Below, in pieces: positions 39,775 to 49,082 of a DNA stretch of 64,000 bases. Position 1 is the first letter of the stretch. Every line of letters starts with the position of its first letter. The position numbers and the translations under genes are program-made. The stretch comes from Methanobrevibacter sp. (GTDB lineage: Archaea; Methanobacteriota; Methanobacteria; Methanobacteriales; Methanobacteriaceae): NCBI RefSeq assembly GCF_045611865.1, contig NZ_JAZKXX010000035.1, forward strand, positions 26,939-90,938. Reading direction: 5' to 3'. The notes beneath the pieces were generated by a model. That model had not been told where the DNA came from. It did not search any database and saw nothing but the letters and a program-made list of their open reading frames with translations.

Positions 39775-39875
39775 AAAAGATTATTTTTTAAATAACTTTT
39801 AGTAACAAAAATAGAAAACTTTATATAGTAACAAAATGTAACTAATACATACTTATAGAAATTCATCTAAAAGGA
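39775..39875 (+). promoter_or_regulatory. hsp20 promoter and 5' leader (repeat copy F)
   Basis: AATAACTTTTAGTAA-N9-GAAAACTTTATATAGTAACAAAA, with the TATA at about 39818-39826, then the leader with TAATACAT and GAAATTCATCT, and an AAGGAG RBS. Confidence 0.6.
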
Positions 39876-39886
39876 GTGTGAAAAAT

Positions 39887-40447
39887 ATGGTAGATTCCGA
39901 AACCATTGAAACCAAAATTTCTGATAAAAAAGAAGAATTCGAAGAAAAAGTAGATGAAGGAAAAGAAAAATTAGAAGATAAAAAAGAAAAAGGTAAAAAC
40001 ATTGCTGACAATGTAATCAGTGATTTATACAAAACTATCGATGAAGTTAAAGATAACATTAAAAACTTACAAAAATCCGCTGATAAAAAATATACTAACT
40101 ACAAAAAATCTACTGTTCAAACATTAGATATCGATTATGTAGAAACCAAAGACACATACTACATTAAAGTAGCAGTTCCTGGCGTTGAAAAAGAAGATGT
40201 CATAATTGAAGCTGGAGACAATGATATTACCATTGAAACCACATTCAAACCATACATCGAAGAATTTGCAGAAGATGACGAAGCTGAATTAATTGCTTCA
40301 AGCATCAAAGCTGGAAGATGTGTCAAAACAATCAGATTCCAAACTAGCCTTGATCTTGAAAACATCGCTGCAAAATTCTCAAACGGAGTCGTTACAATAA
40401 CTATTCCAAAATTAATTATACCAAAACATAAAGTAAACGTGGAATGA
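39887..40447 (+). CDS. hsp20: Hsp20/alpha-crystallin small heat-shock protein with a long Lys/Glu-rich N-terminal extension
   Basis: C-terminal ACD (DIDYVETKDTYYIKVAVPGVEKEDVIIEA...KFSNGVVTITIPK). ATG at 39887 is 9 nt after GGAG. Confidence 0.8.
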   Translation: MVDSETIETKISDKKEEFEEKVDEGKEKLEDKKEKGKNIADNVISDLYKTIDEVKDNIKNLQKSADKKYTNYKKSTVQTLDIDYVETKDTYYIKVAVPGVEKEDVIIEAGDNDITIETTFKPYIEEFAEDDEAELIASSIKAGRCVKTIRFQTSLDLENIAAKFSNGVVTITIPKLIIPKHKVNVE

Positions 40448-40484
40448 ACTCCCACATTTTATCCCTTTTTTATTTTAAAAAAAA

Positions 40485-41495
40485 TTAATACCTGACCTTG
40501 CCTATGTGTCTTGTTGCACCAGGATCTTCACCATTAAAGTGAGCTAAATAATATACAAACCATTCAAGCGGAATTACAAAAATGAATGGAGATAACAATT
40601 TATCAACATCCGCATAATCTTTTAAATCATAAACTAGGGATTTGGCTTCCAAATTGTTACAAAAATCAATAGCCTTTTGTGTTATTTCATCTGATTCTAA
40701 ATCAGATGTTAAAAATATTACTGGAACATCCTTTTCTACCCTTTCAATTAATCCATGCCTAAATTCAGCAGAATATTCTGGACAGGCATGTTTAATTGCT
40801 CCTTCCATAAGCATAGTCATGGCCAATTTGTAAGAAAGACCAAAGTTAGGACCACTGCCCAAACAATAGAAAATGTCGTCATCTTTAAACTCTTCGGCTA
40901 ATTGTTTATTTTCATCTTCAGTTGCAATTAACAATTTTTCCAACATCTTAGGCATTTCAGCTAATTGTAATAACAATTCATCCCGTTCATCATAATCAGA
41001 TGCTTTAAATAAGATTTGATATAAACAAGCAAGTTGAGTAATGTAGGTTTTTGTACCTAAGATTGCTGTTTCTCGTTCACATCTTGTAATAATTGGAGTT
41101 TTAGCTTCTTTAATCATTGAACTATCCGGCTCATTAGATATTGTTACGGCATGTATTCCAAATTCATTACATCTTCTCAAAGATGCAAGAGTATCAGCAG
41201 TTTCACCGGATTGAGAAGTAAAAATAGCTATTGAGTTTTCACCATTCACTAATTTCTTATTGTAGTAAAATTCATAACCTGTATAGACTTCAATGTTAAG
41301 ATTAGTACTGGACATCCTTATTGCATCCCTAACACTATAACAAGTTGAAATAGAACTACCACAACCAATCAAATAGATTTTATCTACATCCAAAATTAAA
41401 TTAGACACATCATCCATTTTCGGCATTTCACTTTCAAATGTCTTTTTAAGTGAATCCGGCTGTTCCATCATTTCGTCATACATCTTATATTTCAT
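40485..41495 (-). CDS. Double-SIS-domain sugar-phosphate isomerase/deaminase (GlmS isomerase-domain-like, no glutaminase domain)
   Basis: 336 aa. [14 protein letters not shown] and [11 protein letters not shown] motifs of GlmS/AgaS/GlmD-type SIS proteins. Confidence 0.7.
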   Translation of the reverse strand: MKYKMYDEMMEQPDSLKKTFESEMPKMDDVSNLILDVDKIYLIGCGSSISTCYSVRDAIRMSSTNLNIEVYTGYEFYYNKKLVNGENSIAIFTSQSGETADTLASLRRCNEFGIHAVTISNEPDSSMIKEAKTPIITRCERETAILGTKTYITQLACLYQILFKASDYDERDELLLQLAEMPKMLEKLLIATEDENKQLAEEFKDDDIFYCLGSGPNFGLSYKLAMTMLMEGAIKHACPEYSAEFRHGLIERVEKDVPVIFLTSDLESDEITQKAIDFCNNLEAKSLVYDLKDYADVDKLLSPFIFVIPLEWFVYYLAHFNGEDPGATRHIGKVRY

Positions 41496-41585
41496 AGCTT
41501 AAACTCCTAAAATTCAATGAATAATATTATTATATTGAACATAAATATATAAAAATGTTTTTTAGAAAATAATTCAAATGATAAT

Positions 41586-42212
41586 ATGGAAATAGATTTA
41601 ACTTTAATTGGAATGAAAAAAGGAAGTCAATACGAAACAATTATAACCACCCTTAACTCACAAAATGAACCAAATGCAGCCCCTATGGGAACATTGTGCG
41701 CTGATAAAGATAAGATATTGAATCGTATTTTTAAAGGAAGCCATACTTTAGATAACATTATTGAAAAAAGAGAGTATATTGTCAATATTACACATGACCC
41801 TGAAATATTTAGATTATCCACACTTGGAAATCTTCCGGAGAAATATTTTGGAGAAAAAAACTGCCTAAAGTGTGCTGACGCTTATTTTAAATGTGAAGTT
41901 ACAAGTCTAAAGGAAGCAGTTAAACAAAGCGACCCCATCAAAAAGAAAGGTGAAGCAATCGTGATAAAATCAAAAGTCACAGAACTTGTAATAAATAATG
42001 ATACAAAGGCTTTTAACCGAGGATTCGGATATGTTGTCGAATCTTTATCTAATTTTTCACGCTTTGATTTGGTAGATGAAGCTAAAAAAGAAATATATCT
42101 TAGAAACTTTAGAGAAGCAAATCGCATTGTGACAAAAATAGGCCATAAGCAAGATATAAAAGCAATGAAGGAAATAAAAAAAGAATTAATAAAAAAAGGT
42201 TATGAACCTTAA
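41586..42212 (+). CDS. DUF447-like FMN-binding split-barrel protein (family linked to H4MPT/methanogen cofactor contexts)
   Basis: 208 aa. N-terminal YETIITT...NAAPMG pattern recalled from DUF447. Confidence 0.5.
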   Translation: MEIDLTLIGMKKGSQYETIITTLNSQNEPNAAPMGTLCADKDKILNRIFKGSHTLDNIIEKREYIVNITHDPEIFRLSTLGNLPEKYFGEKNCLKCADAYFKCEVTSLKEAVKQSDPIKKKGEAIVIKSKVTELVINNDTKAFNRGFGYVVESLSNFSRFDLVDEAKKEIYLRNFREANRIVTKIGHKQDIKAMKEIKKELIKKGYEP

Positions 42213-43924
42213 TTTACAATAACATCCATAAATTCAAATGAATCCCCATCAAACAATCCTTTATCTGATAGTTTGATTGATGGAATAACCAATAATGCCA
42301 TGAATGCCATTGTCATAAATGGAGAAACAAGCTGGCAATCCAAAGCTGAAGTCATTTGATGTAATACGGATAATTGCTCAGCAACATCATATGCGTCTTC
42401 ATTACTCATTAATCCTGCAATAGGAAGGGCTAGAGATTCATTAAAATCTTCACTAACAACAGCAATACCTCCCTTATCTTCAATGACCCTATTTACTGCT
42501 TGAGCCATCATTTCAGAGTTATAACCAACGACAATTATATTATGAGAATCATGAGCAACAGATGAAGCAATAGCTCCTTTTTTAAGGCCAAATCCTTTAA
42601 TGAATGCATTGGCAACATTATTTCCACCATAACGTTCCACAACAGCTATTTTTAAAACATCCTGGAAAATATCCGGTTGAACAATACCTTCCCTAACTGC
42701 CAATTTTGCAGTTGTTTTTTTAGTCAATAAATCACCGTCACTGCATTCGATAACATTGACTTCACATTCATCCCCCTCATAGTATATGTCAAAATCACTG
42801 GCAGATTTTTTAGAAGCATTGATTGAATTTTTGGCTTCGATTTCTGGAACATCAAATAAAACATTTTCACCATCAAATACACATTCACCACCAACATATG
42901 TCGCTAGAATATTGAAATCATGAATGCTATCTACGATTACATAATCTGCTTTTGCACCTTTTACAATAGCTCCACAATTCAAATGATAATGATATGCTGG
43001 ATTGACTGTAACCATATTAATGGCTTTTAGAATATCAATTCCTAGCTCAGTTGCTTTTTTAATGGATTTATTCAAATGTCCTTCTATTAAATCATTAGGA
43101 TGCTTATCATCACTGACTATGAAATCGAATAATGGGGAAAATATTCTCTTTTCAAATATGTCCCTAAAAATAATTCCCAAGGAACCCTGATCTTCCACCC
43201 GTGAAAAGGCATCATCTATATCAAAAAGGCTTTCCATATCCATGGCAGATGAACCATCCCTGACCATAATTTTCATACCTTTCATCTTTTTTTCGAATGC
43301 TTCTATAACATTACTACATTCGTGATCAGTCACTATATATTGCTCAAGGTATTTATCCAAATCTTCACAGGAAAGCAATGGTGCATGACCATCAATCGGT
43401 TTATTGTATTGTCTTGCCAATTCCAATTTTCTTAAAACTTCCTCATCGCCATTTATAACACCAGGATAATTCATCATTTCTCCCAAAGCAACAATTTCAT
43501 CCTTTTGAAGCAAAAATTCAATATCTGATGAATCTATAGTGGCACCAGAAGTTTCAAATTTTGTTGCAGGCACACAGGAAGGTGCGCAAAAATAAAAATT
43601 AAATGGTACCTGTTTAGCATTTTCAATCATTGCTTCAATACCCTCAATTCCCAACACATTGGCTATTTCATGAGGATCACAAATAACTGAAGTAGTACCA
43701 TGTCTTACGGCAATCTTAGCAAATTGCGCGGGTGTAATCATACTGCTCTCAATATGAATATGTGAATCAATTAAACCAGGAATCACCAATCCCCGAACAT
43801 CCATCCTTGTTTTTTCATTAACAATAATTGGAGTGACTTCAGTGAATATGCCATTTTCAACTGTAATTCTTGCAGGATAAATAGAATCAGTAAGCACGTC
43901 AAGAATATAAGCTGTAAAGGACAT
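42209..43924 (-). CDS. ade: Adenine deaminase
   Basis: 571 aa. Amidohydrolase metal motif [18 protein letters not shown] and VTDHE motifs. Length and C-terminal domain typical of Ade. Confidence 0.85.
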   Translation of the reverse strand: MSFTAYILDVLTDSIYPARITVENGIFTEVTPIIVNEKTRMDVRGLVIPGLIDSHIHIESSMITPAQFAKIAVRHGTTSVICDPHEIANVLGIEGIEAMIENAKQVPFNFYFCAPSCVPATKFETSGATIDSSDIEFLLQKDEIVALGEMMNYPGVINGDEEVLRKLELARQYNKPIDGHAPLLSCEDLDKYLEQYIVTDHECSNVIEAFEKKMKGMKIMVRDGSSAMDMESLFDIDDAFSRVEDQGSLGIIFRDIFEKRIFSPLFDFIVSDDKHPNDLIEGHLNKSIKKATELGIDILKAINMVTVNPAYHYHLNCGAIVKGAKADYVIVDSIHDFNILATYVGGECVFDGENVLFDVPEIEAKNSINASKKSASDFDIYYEGDECEVNVIECSDGDLLTKKTTAKLAVREGIVQPDIFQDVLKIAVVERYGGNNVANAFIKGFGLKKGAIASSVAHDSHNIIVVGYNSEMMAQAVNRVIEDKGGIAVVSEDFNESLALPIAGLMSNEDAYDVAEQLSVLHQMTSALDCQLVSPFMTMAFMALLVIPSIKLSDKGLFDGDSFEFMDVIVN

Positions 43925-43927
43925 GCA

Positions 43928-45148
43928 TTAGTCCTCCTGTAAAGCATTATAAAGAAGTGGTAAAAATGTACCAATATCTGTTACAATACCTACAACTTGA
44001 GCACTGCCCCTATCAGATAATTTAGTAACCGTGGATGGGTTGATATCTACACAAATACTTTTAACCCTTGAAGGAAGTAAGTTACCAGTTGCAATTGAAT
44101 GGAGCATTGTTGCAATCATGATTACCATATCAACTTCCTGAGCATAATGTCTCATTAACTTTTGTGACTCTGCAGTATCAGTTATGACATCAGGAAGTGG
44201 CCCATCATCACGAATTGAACCTGCAAGAACATATGGAACATCATTTTTAATACACTCATACATGATTCCGCCAGTCAAAGTTCCATCTTCAACTGCATTT
44301 TTAATAGAACCCGAATTGTTAATTCTGTTAATTGCTCTCATGTGGTGAGTGTGACCATGAGCTACAATCTTTCCTGTTTCAACTTCAATACCTAAAGAAG
44401 TACCAAATAAATTAGATTCTATGTCATGAGTAGCCAAAGCATTACCTGCCATGATGACATCAATGTATCCTTCCCTAACCAAAGCAGCCAAGTATTTTCC
44501 TGAACCTGTGTGTACGATAGCCGGTCCTCCAACAATACCTATTTTTCCACCTTTAGCTTTAATTTCTTTCATTTCACGAGCAATACCATTAATTAAATTC
44601 ATCAATGGCTTTTCAGAGGATACTTCGCTGTTCATGAACTCGAATACTTGTTGTTCATCTCTTGATCTGTGAGGTGGTGTAACCTTAACACCATCCAAAC
44701 CAACCACTATTTTATCTCCAGCCTTAATTTCTGAGATTGGCTTTACAAAAGCTCTTTTTTCTTCTTCGTCGACTACAACCAAACAGTCCATTTCTATTTC
44801 TTCAACAGGAATCCAATTGCCTCCATAGAAAATGTGAGTAGTGTGATTAGATGATGAATAAAAACCTTCAGGAGCAACTTTATCTTTTGTTGATGCAACA
44901 AGATTAACTTCCTTAATATCATCGATGGATGCACCAAGAACTGACAATTCATCTAAAATAGACTCTAATAATTCGGGAGAATCTGCTGAAACTTCAATTT
45001 TTGCATGACTTACATCTGATTTTTTACGTCCAACATCAATTTCTAATATATCAAATTCTCCACCTTTGTCCATGATTATTCCCATTGTTTTAGTTAATGT
45101 CAATGAGTCAATAATATGGCCTGAAAGCTCAATTGTTCTTTTATTCAT
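43928..45148 (-). CDS. TIGR00300/LOR-SDH-type protein (archaeal-type ornithine cyclodeaminase family)
   Basis: About 406 aa. N-terminal [11 protein letters not shown] (LOR/SDH N-domain-like) and a C-terminal Rossmann [14 protein letters not shown]...[10 protein letters not shown]. Function recalled from work on methanogen OCD and the cyanobacterial ArgZ/AgrE C-domain. Confidence 0.55.
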   Translation of the reverse strand: MNKRTIELSGHIIDSLTLTKTMGIIMDKGGEFDILEIDVGRKKSDVSHAKIEVSADSPELLESILDELSVLGASIDDIKEVNLVASTKDKVAPEGFYSSSNHTTHIFYGGNWIPVEEIEMDCLVVVDEEEKRAFVKPISEIKAGDKIVVGLDGVKVTPPHRSRDEQQVFEFMNSEVSSEKPLMNLINGIAREMKEIKAKGGKIGIVGGPAIVHTGSGKYLAALVREGYIDVIMAGNALATHDIESNLFGTSLGIEVETGKIVAHGHTHHMRAINRINNSGSIKNAVEDGTLTGGIMYECIKNDVPYVLAGSIRDDGPLPDVITDTAESQKLMRHYAQEVDMVIMIATMLHSIATGNLLPSRVKSICVDINPSTVTKLSDRGSAQVVGIVTDIGTFLPLLYNALQED

Positions 45149-45280
45149 AATATTTTGCTCCAATAGTTAATATTATAAATATAGTTTTTGGTGATATTTA
45201 ATGGTATTGAAAAAAGAGATATGGCCTTTGCTAAAAAACAAATCTAAAAAAATAAAAAAATTAAACTCACAAAAGCGAGT

Positions 45281-46615
45281 TTAAAGTCCGAAGAACAGAT
45301 ATATTACAAATACTATTACAAGTATCCACATACTCCAACTTAATTTTTCTTTTTGAGAAGCAATACTTGCGATTGCATAAACAATGAATCCCCAAGCGAT
45401 ACCTAGAGAGATAGAATATGTTAAAATCATCATAATAATTGTCATAAATACAGAAGCTGAAACAACTAAACTGTCCCATTGAACTTCTTTTAATTGAACA
45501 ATCATTAAAATACCAACAATTACTAATGCAGCACAAGTTACAGGAGAAGTGAACAATGCTAAGATTAACGGAGTAAAGAATATTGACAGGAAGAACAAAA
45601 TACCAGTAACAATAGCAGTTAAACCTGTTTTACCTCCAAGACCAATACCTGCTGCACTTTCCACATATGCAGTAACTGTACTTGTACCAAAGATTGCACC
45701 AACGATACCACCAACAGCATCAGCTAAAAATGCGTTTTCGATTCCAACAGCTTGACCTTCTTCATCAATAAAACCACATTGTCTACCTAATGCCATTAAA
45801 GTTCCTGTTGTATCAAAGAATGTAACAAATACAAGGGAGAACAGCATCATGATTAAGTTTGGAATATTAGTAAATAACTGTCCAAATCCACGGGCAAATC
45901 CTAAGAATAAAGATACATCAAAATCAGCAGAGATTAATTGTGCCGGAATTGTCGGCATTAATGGGTCTCCTACACCATATCCCAATACGGTAAATATTAC
46001 TCCAATAATAGCTGTGATAACTAATCCAACAAATACTGCAGCAGGGAATTCTCTTACATACAATACCAATGTAATTACAACACCAATTAATGCAAGAAGA
46101 GCTGGGGCAGCAATAAGGTTACCCATGGTAACGAAAGTTGATGGACCAGCTACAATGACTCCAGCTCCTTTAAGACCAAGGAATGCCAAGAAGAATCCGA
46201 TAGCCGCACCAATACCTAGTTTCAAATCAAGAGGAATCATGTTTAAAATAGCTTCCCTTAAACCAGAAACAGTGATTATTAAAAAGATTATGCTTGAAAT
46301 GAATACTGCTGCAAGTGCAGTTTCCCAAGTATTTCCCATTGTTAAAATAATAGTATATGTAAACAATGCATTCAGTCCCATACCCGGAGCTAATCCGACT
46401 GGATACTTAGCAACTAGCCCCATAATTATACAAGCCACACCGGAAGCAACGGCTGTTGCAAATAATACTCCGGTAACAGGCATTCCACCATCTGATAAGA
46501 TTACAGGGTTTACACCCAAAATGTAAGCCATAGCGAGAAATGTTGTAATACCTGCAATGATTTCGGTTTTAAAATCAGTCCCATTTTCCTTAAATTTGAA
46601 AAAATTATCCAACAT
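45281..46615 (-). CDS. NCS2/AzgA-family purine (adenine/guanine/hypoxanthine) permease
   Basis: MLDNFFKFKENGTDFKTEIIAGITTFLAMAYI N-terminus typical of AzgA-like permeases. About 13 TM. ATG at 46615. Confidence 0.8.
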   Translation of the reverse strand: MLDNFFKFKENGTDFKTEIIAGITTFLAMAYILGVNPVILSDGGMPVTGVLFATAVASGVACIIMGLVAKYPVGLAPGMGLNALFTYTIILTMGNTWETALAAVFISSIIFLIITVSGLREAILNMIPLDLKLGIGAAIGFFLAFLGLKGAGVIVAGPSTFVTMGNLIAAPALLALIGVVITLVLYVREFPAAVFVGLVITAIIGVIFTVLGYGVGDPLMPTIPAQLISADFDVSLFLGFARGFGQLFTNIPNLIMMLFSLVFVTFFDTTGTLMALGRQCGFIDEEGQAVGIENAFLADAVGGIVGAIFGTSTVTAYVESAAGIGLGGKTGLTAIVTGILFFLSIFFTPLILALFTSPVTCAALVIVGILMIVQLKEVQWDSLVVSASVFMTIIMMILTYSISLGIAWGFIVYAIASIASQKEKLSWSMWILVIVFVIYLFFGL

Positions 46616-46723
46616 ATAACACATCATCAGAAAAAACATAAATTCCGATGAAAATATTTTTGTAAAAATAATATTATAATATTATCGAAATGATTTTGTA
46701 ATGAAAAAATAAGATAACATGAC

Positions 46724-47590
46724 TTAATCTATTAAAGTTAAAAAGTCATAAATGATTTTTGCCGCTGCAACTGCAGTATTATCTCCTAATCTATCACTTG
46801 CAGTTTCAACAACATCCAATCCAACAATATCCTTATGAGATAAGTTTTCAATGATGGTTTCAATTTCAGATATGAATAAACCTCCGGGTGTTGGATTTCC
46901 AACATTAGGTGCAATAGCAGGTTCCATTACATCCATATCAATTGAAATGTAAATAGGTCCTTCGATTGTTGTCAAGTAATATTCAATCGCATCCATGTGT
47001 TTATGTACATCCCTACTTTTGAATGTTTGAATGTTGTATGTTGATTTTACGAATTCTTCTTCATCACGGGATGATGATCTAATTCCAATCTGAACCAGGT
47101 CCAAACCAAGCTCATGGACTCTTCTCATCACTGTTGCATGAGAATATTTTTCTCCAACAAAGTCAAATGCAAGGTCTCTGTGAGCATCAAGATGCACGAC
47201 TGTTAATTTTTCATACTTTTCGGATAATGCTTTTATAGCACCGATTGATGCTGAATGTTCACCACCAATAATTATTGGTTTAATATCCAAATTGATAAGT
47301 TCGTTGACTGTGTCCTCGACAATTTTACAAGTTTTTTCACAGTTTCCCGGAACGACATTGACGTCTCCGAAATCATAAAAAGTAGTTGATAAATCTTTAT
47401 TAAAAATAGTATTGTACTTTTCAAAACCAAATGAAGCTTCACGAACAACAATTGGTCCTAAACGTGACCCTGAGTGGTAAGAAGTAGTACTATCAAATGG
47501 AACTCCAATTATTCCAAATGAATTTTCTTTTATATTCACAATTTCTTGAGAAAATGCAAATTTCCATGGTTCATAAGTATTTAAAAGCAT
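46724..47590 (-). CDS. speB: Agmatinase (ureohydrolase family)
   Basis: GGEHS, HLDAHRD, SIDMDV and a GGL-containing loop, which are the Mn-binding motifs of arginase/agmatinase. 288 aa. Confidence 0.8.
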   Translation of the reverse strand: MLLNTYEPWKFAFSQEIVNIKENSFGIIGVPFDSTTSYHSGSRLGPIVVREASFGFEKYNTIFNKDLSTTFYDFGDVNVVPGNCEKTCKIVEDTVNELINLDIKPIIIGGEHSASIGAIKALSEKYEKLTVVHLDAHRDLAFDFVGEKYSHATVMRRVHELGLDLVQIGIRSSSRDEEEFVKSTYNIQTFKSRDVHKHMDAIEYYLTTIEGPIYISIDMDVMEPAIAPNVGNPTPGGLFISEIETIIENLSHKDIVGLDVVETASDRLGDNTAVAAAKIIYDFLTLID

Positions 47591-47625
47591 AATTAATCTT
47601 TAAAAAGGAAAATAAATAAGAGAAC

Positions 47626-48021
47626 TTATGATCCTCTAGTTCTCATTATTTTCATGTTTCCTAAAGCAACAATGTATTCAACCTCAATACCTTCAACGAT
47701 TGCGTCTTTTAAGTCTTCAGGCATTGGTAAGTCAATGGTATCATAGTTTTCCATATCCATAATTTGAACATTATCACCTTGGATAGAAATAACTTGTCCT
47801 AATCTTTTATCAATGATAGGGATATCTACTTTGTTATCTACAGGTTTAACAAGACTTCTTTTTTGGTTATCAAATACACCAACAGCTTCAATTCTTGCTT
47901 TAGCTGCTCCGTGTTTACCTGGAGATGAAGTAGTATAACTAATAATTTTACAAGCTTCTCCGCCTAAAACAATATATTTTCCAACTTTTAATGTTTTAAT
48001 TTCTACAACTTTTGTTGACAT
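47626..48021 (-). CDS. eif5a: Translation initiation factor 5A (aIF5A)
   Basis: 131 aa. Hypusination loop [21 protein letters not shown]. Confidence 0.9.
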   Translation of the reverse strand: MSTKVVEIKTLKVGKYIVLGGEACKIISYTTSSPGKHGAAKARIEAVGVFDNQKRSLVKPVDNKVDIPIIDKRLGQVISIQGDNVQIMDMENYDTIDLPMPEDLKDAIVEGIEVEYIVALGNMKIMRTRGS

Positions 48022-48182
48022 TAATTTTCCTCCATTTTAAATAAAAACCGGTTTTTAATCTGATAATATAGGATTATTATTAGATTAATATAAACTATCT
48101 TTCCCATTTTATATAAAGTATTCGTTAATTTGACATATTTTAACAATGACAAAAAATTTTTCTAAAAAAGGTTTGGTTGAAA

Positions 48183-48536
48183 CTAGATTAATCCATTATT
48201 GAATGAGTATAACCACAATGAGACAGCGGCTAAAACCAAAATGACAATAACCCAAACAACAATAAATATTTTCTTTGAATCCATTTCCCCTTTAGTAATA
48301 TAACTTTCGCCAGGCTTATCGCTGGAATGCTTTTTATTGTTTTTATAGAAATCATCATTTCTCAAATAATTATAGAACATTCGAGTGATGAAATAGAATA
48401 CTACAACAAATACAAGACCAATATATGGAATTGAGCCTCCATTAAAAAACACTACAGTAATTGACGAGATTATGAGCATCAACAACATGAAAAAGCATAG
48501 TGATAAAATTATTGATAACGGTTTATTTAAAATCAT
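48183..48536 (-). CDS. Small membrane protein, unknown function
   Basis: About 117 aa, 3 hydrophobic helices and a central basic loop. Confidence 0.5.
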   Translation of the reverse strand: MILNKPLSIILSLCFFMLLMLIISSITVVFFNGGSIPYIGLVFVVVFYFITRMFYNYLRNDDFYKNNKKHSSDKPGESYITKGEMDSKKIFIVVWVIVILVLAAVSLWLYSFNNGLI

Positions 48537-48618
48537 TAGGTACACCTAAATTTATTTATCGCCTCCTCGTTTAAATATCTTTTTAAAATATAAATTACAA
48601 ATCTAAACTTGTGATAAA

Positions 48619-49080
48619 ATGAGAATAGCTATTGTATCTGGAAAAGATGAAGGGCCAACAAAATTGAATGCTTTTGATAATGCTCTAACAGATGCCGGAA
48701 TTGGAGATGTTAATCTAATAAAAGTATCCAGTATGCTTGCAGGAAATACCAAAGTTCAAAAATTGCCAAAACTTAAAGCAGGAGCTATGGTAAACTGTGT
48801 CTTGTCAACAATTACATCAAACAACCCAGGTGATGAAATAAGTGCAGTTGTTGCAGTAGCTATTGGAGAAAAACTAGGTTGCGTTATTGAAATAACCGGA
48901 ATTAATAAAGATAAAGATGAATTGATAGATGAAGCCAAAATGATGGTTAAATACATGATGGACAAACGTGGAGTTGAAATAAAAGAGTTAATCATTGAAC
49001 AATCCACAACAACTGTAGAAAATATTGCATCAGTTGTTGCATCGGTAGTTTATTTAAATGAAGACATAATTGAGGAATAA
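48619..49080 (+). CDS. pdaD: Pyruvoyl-dependent arginine decarboxylase
   Basis: 153 aa. Self-cleavage region NLIKVSSML, and size typical of PdaD. Confidence 0.85.
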   Translation: MRIAIVSGKDEGPTKLNAFDNALTDAGIGDVNLIKVSSMLAGNTKVQKLPKLKAGAMVNCVLSTITSNNPGDEISAVVAVAIGEKLGCVIEITGINKDKDELIDEAKMMVKYMMDKRGVEIKELIIEQSTTTVENIASVVASVVYLNEDIIEE

Positions 49081-49082
49081 AA

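Noticed and set aside
45849-46526. 225-aa + strand ORF antisense to the purine permease. Similar long antisense ORFs lie at 39024-39479, 49286-49858, 12778-13203 and 4242-4661.
   Set aside because: The opposite-strand genes carry clear family motifs and full length. The antisense ORFs have low-complexity P/T/N/I-rich composition, typical of shadow ORFs in A+T-rich DNA.
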